The position numbers and the translations under genes were made by a program. Of a DNA stretch of 64,000 bases, positions 13,768-27,849 are shown one piece after another (within the stretch, counting starts at the first letter, position 1; each line of letters opens with the position of its first letter). A model generated the notes under the pieces. That model did not search any database, was not told where the DNA came from, and saw nothing but the letters and a program-made list of their open reading frames with translations. Origin of the DNA: Eledone cirrhosa (lineage: Eukaryota); the NCBI GenBank assembly GCA_964016885.1, contig OZ024748.1:59954001-60018000 (forward strand), written 5' to 3'.

Positions 13768-14595
13768 TTTTGGTGAGACATATCTTTCGATTTGTACGTG
13801 TGTTATATAGTTATAAAGGTATTTATTTACGCTTTAATTTATATTTTTAATTATCGTGTCTATAGTCTGCCTTTCATAGGTTATAGATTCCATACACTGG
13901 TGGTTTTTTCCCTGTATTATTGATAACGCACTATATATCTCTCTCTGGTGTGTTACCTTCTCAACATATTATATTTTAAAGGGCTCAAGATCTCTTCCCC
14001 TTTGAGCACATTATTTACAGGGAATAACGACGGCCTATGCCTCCGTTAATTTATCGTGATATTTCGCTCCTAATAACAGTCTTTCCTATCTCTGTTTGGT
14101 TGAGCACACTTCTCTGAGTGGCTTTGGGCTGCCCTTTCTAGCAGTTCGTCTCTCAGAGGCCACTGGTTCACTGCCCTTAAACACGCTGTGACTTTTCTCT
14201 CCCACGTGTAGCTGGACAGTCAATTGTAAAATTCTCTTAGTGTTGTCTGAAATGTATGGCCTTACACACGCTGATGAACCGAGACTAGACCATTTCTTTC
14301 AACAAATTTTTTGGTGAAACATATCTTTGGATTTGTACGTGTGTTATATAGTTATAAAGGTATTTATTTACACTTTAATTTATATTTTTAATTATCGTGT
14401 CTATAGTCTGCCTTTCATAGGTTATAGATTCCATACACTGGTGGTTTTTTCCCTGTATTATTGATAACGCACTATATATCTATCTCTGGTGTGTTACCTT
14501 CTCAACATATTATATTTTAAAGGGCTCAGGATCTCTTCCCCTTTGAGCACATTATTTACAGGGAATAACGACGGCCTATGCCTCCGTTAATTTAT

Positions 14596-14601
<6 letters not shown>
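13768..14601 (+). mobile_element. ~1.5 tandem copies of a 541-bp hammerhead-containing unit (retrozyme/pLTR-like)
   Basis: 13771-14060 is repeated almost identically at 14312-14601 (offset 541); flanked by TA-rich tracts. Confidence 0.8.
14264..14344 (+). ncRNA. Type I hammerhead ribozyme
   Basis: Stem I acacacg/cgtgtgt; CTGATGA 14271-14277; stem II accgaga/ttttggt; GAAA 14316-14319; stem III catatc/gatttg (one mismatch); UA site. Confidence 0.8.
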
Positions 14602-14642
<41 letters not shown>

Positions 14643-15174
14643 TGCACATATGTATATATATATAATGGAATTTAAGTAATTTTTATTACTCTTACACGTG
14701 TTTCGATAAACGCCATCTGAAGTATGTGAAATATATAGGAAATAAAATTCCATTAAGCAGGATTATAGCAAACTTATATAGTAAACCCTCTGCACAAAAA
14801 CCACCTTAAGACATAACTTTACTCTTATATCACTTTTCTATCGTCAGTGACATTAAAAACATACATAAATTATTGGATTTTTTTAGAAAATCCTCTGAGC
14901 ATTAAAATAACATAGTTGTTGCTTGGCATAACTTTATCATTTTCATCTTAAAGCAATTCAGCAATGTTATATATACATATGTACATAATAGGCTTTTCAG
15001 CTCAATTTCAAAATGTGTACCTTTAAATCTTGTTTCATAAACAGATGATCTGTAAATAGTAGTGAAACTAAACATCGTCTCTAAATGGTAACTCTAACTT
15101 ATATGTATGATATATTCATTTAAACACGGGTTTTGCTCTCCAATTAAGAATAACTGACCTATATTTCACTCTTC

Positions 15175-15208
<34 letters not shown>

Positions 15209-15438
15209 GAAGAGTGAAAGAGACAGACAGAGGTCGGATATTATTAATTGGAAATAGCATGAAAACTATATTTAAGTGATGTCTTTCTTTTTTCTTCTTT
15301 GATTCGTAAAAGTGGCATTACTGAAAAAATGAGAGGAACAAATTAATATATATATATATCAAAGGTATATATTGAGTTAGAAACTCAAAATAGTCTCTTA
15401 CAATAAATTAGCTCTAGCAAAGAGGTTTTTCCGAAGTG

Positions 15439-16232
15439 TATAATATAACTAAACAAAAAAGAAAAACGAACACAGACATAGATGTGTTCAAATCGTAAGG
15501 GACCAGATTCGCTAAGGTGAAGAGAATACTAACTGGAGACAATAGGGTTTGACACACAATTTAAGAATAAATTAAGAAAATAAATACAAACCAGAACTGT
15601 GGTACCTACCAATCTCCCTGTTTCGCAATATTAATTGTGAAGAGGAATACCAAAATACTTGCTCATCAGCGGGTGAAGAATTATTATTATCCTGGTCACT
15701 TCTAAGTATATTAAAAAATTGGATAGTGTGCGTATATATAACGCACATGGTGCCAGAACTTAGCGTGTCTCGCAAACTCACGTCACTAAAAATAGCAGCC
15801 GGGTTTACTCGCCTTTGATATATTCGGCTCCGTTAATTCGTCGAGCTAATTAACATGTCGAGTAAACCCGGCTGCTATTTTTAGTGGCGTGAGTTTGCGA
15901 GACAAGCTAAGTTCTGGCACCATGTGCGTTGTTATATATACGCACACTATCCAGTTTTTTAATATACTTAGAAGTGACCAGGATAATAATAATTCTTCAC
16001 CCGCTGATGTGCAAGTATTTTGGTATTCCTCTTCACAATTAATATTACGAAACAGTATTATCAAAACTGTCCGGAGATTGGTAGGTACCACAGTTCTGGT
16101 CTGTATTTATTTTCTTAATTTATTCTTAAATTGAGTCTGGCAAAACCTATTGTCTATAGTTAGTATTCTCTTCACCTTAGCGAATCTGGACCCTTACGAT
16201 ATGTCTGTGTTCGTTTTTCTTTGTTGTTCAGT

Positions 16233-16240
<8 letters not shown>
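15439..16240. repeat. ~375-bp-arm inverted repeat (spacer 15812-15858) of a hammerhead-bearing element
   Basis: Arms are reverse complements; the left arm (-) has CTGATGA..GAAA with stem III deleted, and the right arm (+, 16001-16074) has CTGATGT..GAAA-cagt/actg-TC. Confidence 0.85.
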
Positions 16241-16271
<31 letters not shown>

Positions 16272-16355
16272 ATTATATTTATATATGAATATATGATTAT
16301 ATGTACGGTATATGTGTGAGTGTGTGCGTATATATATATATATTATCTCCCTTCC

Positions 16356-16418
<63 letters not shown>

Positions 16419-16637
16419 AGAGAGAGAGAGAGAGGGGGGGGAGTGAGAAAGAGAGAGGGAGAAGATATGGTAAAATGAAACAAAAGAAAGGAATTATAGA
16501 TATAATGAGAATATTGGTCCAATTTTTGAAAACAACAGAAATATTATGGGATTACTAATAGTGCTAATATTGTTGTTGCTGTTGTTGTTGTTGTTGTATT
16601 GGTTGTTATCTTTGTTATAGCTGCTGTTGCCGCCTTT

Positions 16638-16702
<65 letters not shown>

Positions 16703-16864
16703 TGTAGTAGTAGTTGTTGTTGTTGTATGCGATGCAAGAGATATTGTTTATTGATTAACTAAACGTCCCTGTTTGAAATTGAAAGACAGGAAATTAAGGT
16801 TAACTGGTGGGAGAAAATATTTAATAAACTAGAGAGGATTGGGCGGATATTACTGTGGAAATTA

Positions 16865-17310
16865 ATTCAAAACAACAGCCACAACAATAACGACAACAAC
16901 GACAGCAGCTAGGATAACAACTACAACAACGACAGCAACAGCAACAACAACAACTACAGCAACAACGACAACAACAAGAACAGCAGTCACAACAACGACA
17001 GCAACAGCCACAACAACAACTACAGCAACAACGAGAACAACAAGAACAGTAGTCACAATAAGGACAACAACAACAACAGTCACAACGACGACAACAACAA
17101 CCACAACAACAAAGACGAGAGTCACATTAACGACAACGAAAACAACAACAACAGTCACAACAACAACAACGATACCACCAACGATAACAACCAATACGTA
17201 ACAATAACAACAACAACAACCAGACTTATAACATCAACAACAATAACAACCACCACATAAAACAACAACCGCTACTGCAACTACTACAACAACAACAACA
17301 ACAACAACAA

Positions 17311-17380
<70 letters not shown>

Positions 17381-17460
17381 ATCTGTTACAATGCAACAAC
17401 AACGACAATAACAGTAACATCGATGATTATTGCAACAACTACACCAGTTACAATTTAGAA
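16865..17460. repeat. Degenerate (CAA/CAG/CTA)n low-complexity tract
   Basis: Direct reading. Confidence 0.85.
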
Positions 17461-17521
17461 AATTCAAGAAGACGAAGAATAGGAGAAAGAAGAAAAAGAC
17501 GAAGGAGAAGAAGAAAACAAA

Positions 17522-17882
17522 AATAATTGTCTCTACTTTTGGCACAAGGCCAGCAATTACACCAGTGCATTACTGGTACTTTATTTTATCGACCCCCGTA
17601 AGGATGAAAGACAAAGTTAACCTCGGCAGGATTTGACCTGAGACCATAAAGGGGCGTAACTCTATGTTGGAAAGCATGGAGTTTAGGCACAAGGCCAGCA
17701 ATTTGAAGGGGAGTGGAAGTCGATTAAATCGACTCTAGTGTGTTACAGGTGGTTTATTTTATCGACCCCGTAAGAATGAAATGCAAAGTTAACCTCGGCA
17801 GGGACAGAACTTAGTGCGTAAAGGACCGTAACTCTATGCTGCACAGCAAGGTGTCCGACGCGCTACTGATACTGCCAATCCA
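17522..17882 (-). mobile_element. Two adjacent SINE family A copies
   Basis: Reverse complements of the 9203-9398 core (tttatcgacccc gtaaggatgaaag) occur twice. Confidence 0.8.
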
Positions 17883-17990
17883 TTAATAATAATAATTAAA
17901 TGAAGAAATAAAGAAGAAAAAGGAGAAGACGAACAACAACAACGAGAAGAAGAAAAACAAGTAAAAAGAAAAAGTGGGGGATAAGGGGAC

Positions 17991-18131
17991 GAAGAAGAAG
18001 AAGAAGAAGAAGAAGAAGAAGAAGAAGAAGAAGAAGAAGAAGAAGAAGAAGAAGAAGAAGAAGAAGAAGAAGAAGAAGAAGAAGAAGAAGAAGAAGAAGA
18101 AGAACAACAACAACAACAACAACAACAACAA
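17991..18131. repeat. (GAA)n followed by (CAA)n
   Basis: Direct reading. Confidence 0.95.
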
Positions 18132-18521
18132 CTACTATAACAACTACAACGATCACAACGTCATCAACAGCAGTTATAACAAAGGGACAACAAACAACCA
18201 ATGTAACGGCGGCCATATTGCAGATTGTTTCTACAAAGTACACCGATCAATTTGTGACATGTAATTAGGAACCAACCCTCACATATTCCACCTCTCAGTT
18301 GTTCATCAAATTCAATTTTAATTACGCAGGACTAAAAAATGAATAATTAATAAAACAGTGCTGGAGAATATGAATAAATAAAGAACTGAAAACTTTAATA
18401 AGTTAGTTGTCTGTATGGTGGAAAAGTAGGCAGACATGTCTGTATAGTTCGTAATAATCGATTCACAATGGCTCCGAGTTCGTTCCTTCTGTACGGGACA
18501 TTGGTCAATATAATGCTTACA

Positions 18522-18790
18522 TCCATGACGTCACATTGACATGTACAACGTAGTAAACAATCATGACGTCATATTGATAAGTACAACGTAAAAAGCAGTT
18601 GTGACCTCACGTTGACAATTACAACGCAAAAAAACGACCGTAAGGTCAAATTGACAATTACAGCGTAATAAACGACTATGACGTCATATTGATAAGTAAA
18701 ACGTAAAAAACGACTATGACGTCACTTTAATAAATAGAACGTAAAAACAGCCATGAGTTAACTTTGACAAGTACAACGTAAAAAACAGCG
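18522..18790. repeat. ~38-bp minisatellite, about 7 units, with TGACGTCA palindromes
   Basis: Unit approximately catgacgtcatattgacaagtacaacgtaaaaaacagc. Confidence 0.85.
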
Positions 18791-18892
18791 ATTACTTCCT
18801 TTTTCTAAAGTGGTAGAAAAGCTAGGAACTACCATAAAATCCCTGATCAGCAAAACAATATTATGACGCTCCCAAAGTATAACAATATATAT

Positions 18893-18962
<70 letters not shown>

Positions 18963-19120
18963 GATAACAAGTTATCATTATAAGTAATCTAGTTAGAGGT
19001 TGTGAGTACTCTGCCTCGTGGATAGTTTTAACGTACTGCTTTGTTTGACTCAACAAGATGCTTCCATAGTTATGCAGCGAGTTCGCGGTAATTTCTATGC
19101 AGGTTATACTTGGAGTAATA

Positions 19121-19630
<510 letters not shown>

Positions 19631-19672
19631 ATAAGAAACGGAAAATCAGTGGTGCGACGAATAAGATTTATT

Positions 19673-19768
19673 AGACATATTACAATCGTTTCTCTGGCGA
19701 CCAGCTCGAGGCACGATCGATGCTATGATCAAACCTGACTCTAAATCGCAAGATCCTCAGATATGTCT
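19673..19768 (-). ncRNA. Type I hammerhead ribozyme
   Basis: Minus strand agacatat-CTGAGGA-tcttgcga...tcgccaga-GAAA-cgattg-TA-atatgtct, with an 8-bp stem I; same family as 31301. Confidence 0.8.
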
Positions 19769-19830
19769 CGATTATACGAAGCAGAGTTTCAAAAAAATAA
19801 AAAAATTATGTATTTATGTATATATATATA

Positions 19831-20044
19831 TATTGTTCATTTAGCTTGCGTTGGAATTTATCAATAAAATACTTTTCTTTAATTTTTCTCTTGATTTCAC
19901 TTGGGCTGTGTAATTTGTAGAATGTATATATATATATATATATATATATACATTCTACAAATTACACAGCCCAAGTGAAATCAAGAGAAAAATTAAAGAA
20001 AAGTATTTTATTGATAAATTCCAACGCAAGCTAAATGAACAATA
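19831..20044. repeat. Perfect ~94-bp inverted duplication centred on a (TA)n tract
   Basis: 19831-19924 is the reverse complement of 19951-20044. Confidence 0.9.
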
Positions 20045-20312
20045 ATAATTGTTTCTACTTTTGGCTCTTTATTTTATCAACCCCATAAAGATGAAAGGCA
20101 AAATTGACCTCGGCGGGATTTGAACTCAGAATAGAAAGGGCCGTAACTCTATTCGTCAAAGCATGACGTCCAACCCTCTACAGATACTGCAAATCCACCG
20201 CCTTTAAATGAACAAAAATAATCGTGTCAACATTTGGCACAAGGCCAGCAATTACACAGTGTATTACTGGTACTTTATTTTATCGACCCCGAAAGGATGA
20301 AAGGCAAAGTTA
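20045..20312 (-). mobile_element. Two SINE family A copies or fragments
   Basis: Core matches; taaatgaacaa(t/a)aataat recurs at about 20032, 20204 and 20311, like target-site duplications. Confidence 0.75.
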
Positions 20313-20840
20313 AATGAACAATAATAATGCTTAGGGGAAATTACTCGTACTATGACTACGCCTACGACCATGTCGACTACCACTACTAACAACAACAACA
20401 ACATCAACAATGTTGATGGTGATGATTACTGAAGACTTTTTTATAAAAACCCTAGAAAATGCTATTTTCATCATTTCTAAAAATAGCAAAACAATTGATG
20501 CTTTGGATAGGGTCAAATAGAAGTCGTTAGACATGCTCAACCAACCGTGACGCCTAAACCAATCAGCTTTAGTAATGCAGTGAAACTACATACCGATTGG
20601 TCGAAATACGCTTTTCACTGTACATAAGGCACACAATTTACCCATCTCATTACAGTTAAAAATTGCAAACTTGACTGTCACCACAGAATATAAATCTGAA
20701 GATTACGAAAGCATGAAAGTACTTGTTCAATTAACACTTAACATTTAATATTCTACCATACTATTTCATTATAATATCATTATAATTTTAAAGGATTGTA
20801 ACTAAAACGAGTAAATCAGACAAAGTTGGGATTCCTTTTA

Positions 20841-20883
<43 letters not shown>

Positions 20884-20923
20884 ACAGGAGGCTGGACAGG
20901 TGTAAATCCTTGAAAGGTTTATT

Positions 20924-20981
20924 ATACTATGATCATTTCAATGACCGCGTTCCATATGAATCCGGTGATATCATCAGGTAT
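20924..20981 (-). ncRNA. Type I hammerhead ribozyme
   Basis: Minus strand atac-CTGATGA-tatcaccg..cggtcatt-GAAA-tgatca-TA-gtat. Confidence 0.7.
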
Positions 20982-22084
20982 TGGAATATAATAAAGGAAT
21001 ATGTAAAAAACCATGGGTCCGAAAAATCAGAGACAGAGACAAAGAGGTCGACTGACGAACTAGCTGCCTTCAGCTCGGCAAGTCGCCCTCAGCTCGGCAA
21101 GTCGCCCTCAAAGTGATGGCAACTGAATCTACTAATGACGATCTGGTGAGGGGGCGAAGGCTAATAATGAACTACCACCTCTCCATCAAAGAGAAAGGGG
21201 GAAGAAAGAAAGGAAGAAAGAAGAAAAAAGTAAGAAAGAAGTCAGCGTAAGGGTCACACTACATTCATGCTAGAAAATGCCGCTAAAAATGCTACTCCAA
21301 AGAGTCTATATTTAACAAAGGCATATATATATATATATGGAACATATATAGTTTTTCACAAAAATAATATAAATAGTTAAAACCATAGGTGGAGAGGTTA
21401 AACACAGCTCTTGTCCTTATATCTTTCAATATTTTTATCTACTTTTATCAAATTTATATTACTTTTTATATTTATTATATATTGAACAAATTTTAATTTA
21501 GTTTTTTTTTATTTGATTTTATAGCAAAGTTCTAAACTGGTTGATTTTCTGTAGGTAAACAATTTAGATTTTCTATCCAATATTGCGTATCTTCGTATTT
21601 TTTAAAATTGTAAACAACTCCTTTGACCGTTGGCTGTAATGTTTTATGGTGAGATTATAAGGAGGTTTCTATATTAAATATCTGATTTTGAAAGTCCCAG
21701 TAGGGGATGAAACGTTTGTTAATCAGCATTTGAAGTATTAACGTATTGGGTGTGTTTTAATGAACATATAAATACATACATACATAATACATACATACGT
21801 ACATACATACACACACACACATATATATATGTGTATATATATGCATTATATATATACAAATATATATATATATATATAGACATTATATGTATACAAATAT
21901 ATATATATATATGCCTAACTGGACACCAGAGTCCAGTTAGGCATTCCAGCCTGCTCTATTGAAGATCGTGTCACCTGCACCAAATACGGATTGATGTGTA
22001 AATCAGCAGCTGGATTGACGTGGCATTTGAGGCATAAACATAAATCAATGAACTGAAAAGACGGTTGAACCTTCATATGTCGAA

Positions 22085-22420
22085 TTCTACTTTTGAAAAG
22101 CATTAGAACTGTGAAACCGGTAAATGAAATAAACATAAATTTTCGATTTTTTTTCCCTATGCTTTCACCCGTGTAGGACATCACGGTATATTATTTTAAA
22201 AAGTCATTTTCTCATATATATATAGATATATTAGAGCAAACATCACGGGCGCTCTATCTCAAAATTATTTTTGAAAAGCATTAGAAACGCGCAACCGGTA
22301 AAAACTTAAAACCAAAACTGAATACTAACCAATACTTATTACTAATTTTTACTTATTCCTAATTAAACTATTTTTCACTGGGAACAATTTGTCAGCATTT
22401 TCTTTTCCTTTTACCAATAT
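22085..22420 (+). mobile_element. Two hammerhead-like elements with a TTGAAAA core (22093 and 22271)
   Basis: TTGAAAA-gca..tgt-GAAA-ccgg-TA at 22093-22122 and TTGAAAA-gc..gc-GCAA-ccgg-TA at 22271-22300; 22255-22420 is closely repeated at 48038-48205. Confidence 0.6.
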
Positions 22421-22459
22421 ATCACAACTCGTGTGTTACACCTCTATTCTTTTAAATAT

Positions 22460-22824
<365 letters not shown>

Positions 22825-22875
22825 TATATACATATATTATATATATACTCGTATATGTGTGTATATACTCGTATA

Positions 22876-22926
<51 letters not shown>

Positions 22927-23096
22927 AGTTATTCCGGGTTGAATCGGAGGTAACAACAGTAAGTAAGGTATTCAATACATAGCAGAGTATACAGGTATTA
23001 ATATAGATGAGATTCTACAGGACTAGAACTGTTTAATTCTTGAGAAATAATCATATATATAGAGAGAGAAAAACCACAGATCCTCCATCTCAACTC

Positions 23097-23136
23097 TCCT
23101 TTTGAAAAGCAGAAGAACTGCGAAACAGGTAAAGGA
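23097..23136 (+). ncRNA. Minimal type I hammerhead with variant U3-A8 core
   Basis: Stem I tcctt/aagga; TTGAAAA 23102-23108; stem II gcag-aagaa-ctgc; GAAA 23122-23125; cagg (ccgg in sister copies); TA. Confidence 0.6.
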
Positions 23137-23330
23137 ACCAAATAAATATATATATTTTTTATAAAATAAGACTCCAGTTGCATTTTTGATTTCATCTGTT
23201 TTCTTCATACTTTCACTGTGTAGGACACCTCGGTTATCTTTCATTTTGTAAAAAAACCTCCCTTTCTTATATATATATATATATATATATAAATGAAAGT
23301 ATAGAAATTATTGTGAGCGTGAAGCCAACA

Positions 23331-23366
<36 letters not shown>

Positions 23367-23630
23367 ACGTATATCGATGGAAAAAGTATCTTTTAAATCA
23401 TATTTGTTTCCTTACACACGTTTCAAGGGAGTTGTACATCCAATTATTTGAAATGTTATGAAACAATTCACACAATCAATATCTATATACAGGCATTGAT
23501 ATATAAGTACATATGTACGCTTCCTATTTTCAGAGAAACAATTCTCTACTCGCCTTTGAGCTTTATATATATATAGTTTTACCATTGCTACTTTGTTATA
23601 TATATACATATACTTATATATATACTATAC

Positions 23631-23784
<154 letters not shown>

Positions 23785-23785
23785 G

Positions 23786-23843
<58 letters not shown>

Positions 23844-23920
23844 TGTTATATATATATATTTTGTTATATTTGAGGATGGCTGTACTGCTAATAAATACAT
23901 GAACTTTTTCTCTCTCTGTC

Positions 23921-24015
<95 letters not shown>

Positions 24016-24018
<3 letters not shown>

Positions 24019-24210
24019 TTTTAATATAGATGAGATTCTACAGGACTAGAACTGTTTCATTCTTTAGAAATCATCAGGGATTCCTGATGATTTCTAAAGA
24101 ATGAAAGAGTTCTAGTCCTGTAGAATCTCGTCTATATTAAAACTTTTATACTCTGCAATGTATTGAGTACCTTACTTACTGTGGTTACCTCCGATTCAAC
24201 CCGGAATAAC

Positions 24211-24211
<1 letters not shown>
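24016..24211 (+). mobile_element. Palindromic hammerhead mini-element (partial inverted copy at 22928-23045)
   Basis: Near-perfect palindrome 24016-24145; + arm gattc-CTGATGA-..-GAAA-gag..ctg-TA-gaatc (24079-24127); tail with actc..gagtac at 24150-24170. Confidence 0.75.
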
Positions 24212-24286
<75 letters not shown>

Positions 24287-24548
24287 ATATATATATATAT
24301 ACATATGTGCATATGAACAATACCTAGCGTTGATTAATTAAATACTCTTCTATTGTATCTCTCCTGCACCATGTTATATGTTCTGGTTCAAATAAAGCAT
24401 CGCTATTATACAATATTGTATACAATACATAAAGATACAGCAACAACAATAACAACAACACACCTTCACCTGGACACCATTGTATTTGTTCCTATGTACA
24501 ATTGTAATAAAGTGAAAATATTATAATTATAACGATATACATACATAT

Positions 24549-24647
<99 letters not shown>

Positions 24648-24672
24648 CATATATATACATATATATATATAC

Positions 24673-24826
<154 letters not shown>

Positions 24827-25092
24827 GTGTGTGTCACACACACTATTCTACTCACTGTCACATACGTACACACACTCACACACAACACTGCACACACACA
24901 CGCACACACACACAGACACGTACACAACCTTTCACACACATGGTATCGATATTACAATAGATATCAATATATATTAAAGTATAGATTGTAGATTGCTCTA
25001 GAAATATAATCGATATTTTATTTATTGATATAAACCAGTCGAACGTTTCGGGTTTTTATTGAAAATAATCATAATTGTCATTTGAAACAAAT

Positions 25093-25900
25093 ATACACTC
25101 TATTATATACATCTCATTATACACACTACATTCTTATAGACGTTCTATTCTACACATTACATTCTTATAGACATTCTATTATTCACACTCATCATACACA
25201 CCTCATTTTACACACTTTATTTTTATACACACTACATTCTTATACACATTCTATTATATACACTCTATTATACACACTTCATCCTTATACACACTACCTT
25301 CCTATAAACAATATTATATACCCTACATTCTTATATACTCTCTATTATACACACTACATTCTTATACACACTACATACTTATACACATTCTATTATATAC
25401 ACTCTATTATACACACTTCATCCTTATACACACTACATTCCTATACACACTCTATTATATACCCTACATTCTTATATACTCTCTATTATACACACTCCAT
25501 CCTTATATACACTCTATTATACACACTACATTCCTATACACACTCTATTATATACCCTACATTATTATATACTCTCTATTATATACATTACGTTCTTATG
25601 TACTCGTTATTATACAGACTACATTTTTATATACACTCTATTATACGCACTTCACTTTTATATACTCTCATTTATAGACATTACATTGTTATATACACTC
25701 TGTACACACTACGTTCCTATATACACTCTATTATACACACTACATTCTTATACACACTACATTCTTATTTACACTACATTCTTATATACACTCTATTTTC
25801 ACACTACATTTATATAGACATTACATTCTTATATACACTGTATTATACACACTACATTCATATACACACTGTACTATACACTACATTTCACACACACATT
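25093..25900. repeat. Degenerate minisatellite built from tacacactctatta and tacacactacattctta units
   Basis: Direct reading; explains the HTLY-rich pseudo-ORF 25082-26065. Confidence 0.85.
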
Positions 25901-26217
25901 CACATACACACTACATTACACACACATTCACACACACACTACATTTCACACACACATTCACACGGTCATATTCACATATACACTATATTCCACAGGCGCA
26001 CATACATACACATACTTAATACATATATACACATACTCAGAATACACATACATACACACACTTAATACATTGCATATATACACATACACACACTTAATAC
26101 ATTACATATATACACATAGACAGAATACACATACATACACGAGAGATGGAGAGAGAGAGAGAGGGAGAGACGGAGAGAGGGAGAGGGGGGGGGAGATAGA
26201 TAGATAAGGAGAGAGGG

Positions 26218-26257
<40 letters not shown>

Positions 26258-26789
26258 TGCGAGAGTGACAGAGTGAGAGAGTGAGAGAGAGGTAAGAGAG
26301 CAAGAGAGATAGAGTGTGAGAGAGTGTGTGTATGTGAGAGAGCTAAAGGGAGAGAGTGTGTGTGTGTGTGTTTGTTAGAGGGAGACAGAGATAGGGGAAG
26401 AGAAAAAAATATATAGACATAGAGAGAGAGAGAGAGAGAGAGAGAGTGAGTGAGTGAGTGTGTGTATGTGTGTGTGCGAGAGAGATAGCGATACTGAGAA
26501 AGAGAAAACAAGTATGTAAGTATGTGCAAGGAGTAACATTGTTTAGTTTGGATGAGAGGTTAAAGGTTTGTTGTTTAAACACCTGCGCAATTTAACACTT
26601 CCTTGCTCCTCCACAACCTATACCCTTCATTTCTCTAAATCTACCTGTAAATGTTATGCTCTACCGAAATAGGAACCTAAACGAGAACTTTAGGTAATCG
26701 TAAATGAAAATATATATTTGAAAACTATTTCAATTAGAAGGTAAAACCTATATCTTAAAAACTAACTTACTCTACAAGATGATTTTGAA

Positions 26790-27077
26790 ACTCCGTCGTT
26801 TGCGACGACGAGTGTTCAAAATAATTTAATCAAAGGAACTAATGTCTCGTGAAATCAACGAGTAGGTGGCTGAGCATTCCACAGACACGTGCAACCCAAA
26901 CGTATTCTAAGGGAGATTCAGCGTAACAGTATGTGTTACAACACAGGCTTTTTGAAGTAACAGGTACAACTGAGAAAAGAGAAAGGTGGCTCGCACAAGG
27001 GCACAACGCACCACCTGATCTAGGAATCGAATTCACGACTGTGTGATCGTGAACTCAGCATCCTACCAGCTAGGCCA
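26790..27077 (-). mobile_element. tRNA-derived SINE, family C (degraded)
   Basis: Minus strand tggcctagctggtagg..gaattcgattcc (A/B boxes) then gttgtgcccttg; body contains gctgagcattccacagacacgtg. Confidence 0.65.
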
Positions 27078-27122
27078 GGTCAGCTGCCTCGTTTGTATAG
27101 CAAAAGCGCAGTGAGAGATAAT

Positions 27123-27310
27123 TGTTTCTACTTTAGGCACAAGGCCAGCAATTACCCAGTGCATTACTGGTACTTTATTTTATCGACCCCGTAAGGATGA
27201 AAGGCAAAGTCAACCTCGGCGGGATTTGAACTCAGATCGTAAAGGGACGTAACTATGCTGGAAAGCATGGCGTCCGATCCTCCACCGATACTGCCAATCC
27301 ACCGCCTTTT
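27123..27310 (-). mobile_element. Full-length SINE family A with 18-bp target-site duplication
   Basis: agcgcagtgagagataat at 27105-27122 and 27311-27328 flanks the SINE. Confidence 0.9.
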
Positions 27311-27660
27311 AGCGCAGTGAGAGATAATAGTAGATAGAAAGAGATCTACATCATTGTCAGCCCACACCAAGGATAAGGTGAGTTGGTTCCAACGTGTAAA
27401 GAGTCAAGAGGGAATTAACTGGAAAAAAATTTCCTTCGAAGATATGGTTTATGGTCTTCACAAGCAATCTACAGCCACAAATATGCGTATAAATAGATGG
27501 AATTTATTTAAGGGAGATTTATATAAGGAAACAAATGTTTGAGTGGATGGGATAATAAAATACGAATCACCAGAGAGTAAAAGTGAAAATAAAAATAACA
27601 GAGAAATATATATATATAGAGAAAGAGGAGAGTAGAAAAAATGAGAGGTATGTAGAGAAC

Positions 27661-27751
<91 letters not shown>

Positions 27752-27775
27752 TGAGAGAGTGAGAGAGTGAGAGAG

Positions 27776-27849
<74 letters not shown>

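Noticed and set aside
14683-14858. Possible minus-strand hammerhead (CTGACGA...GAAA-cacgtg-TA) with a ~135-nt stem II
   Set aside because: Stems I and II pair poorly; it may be a decayed family member but cannot be supported by eye.
25082-26065. 327-aa H/T/Y/L-rich ORF
   Set aside because: Translation of a degenerate minisatellite.
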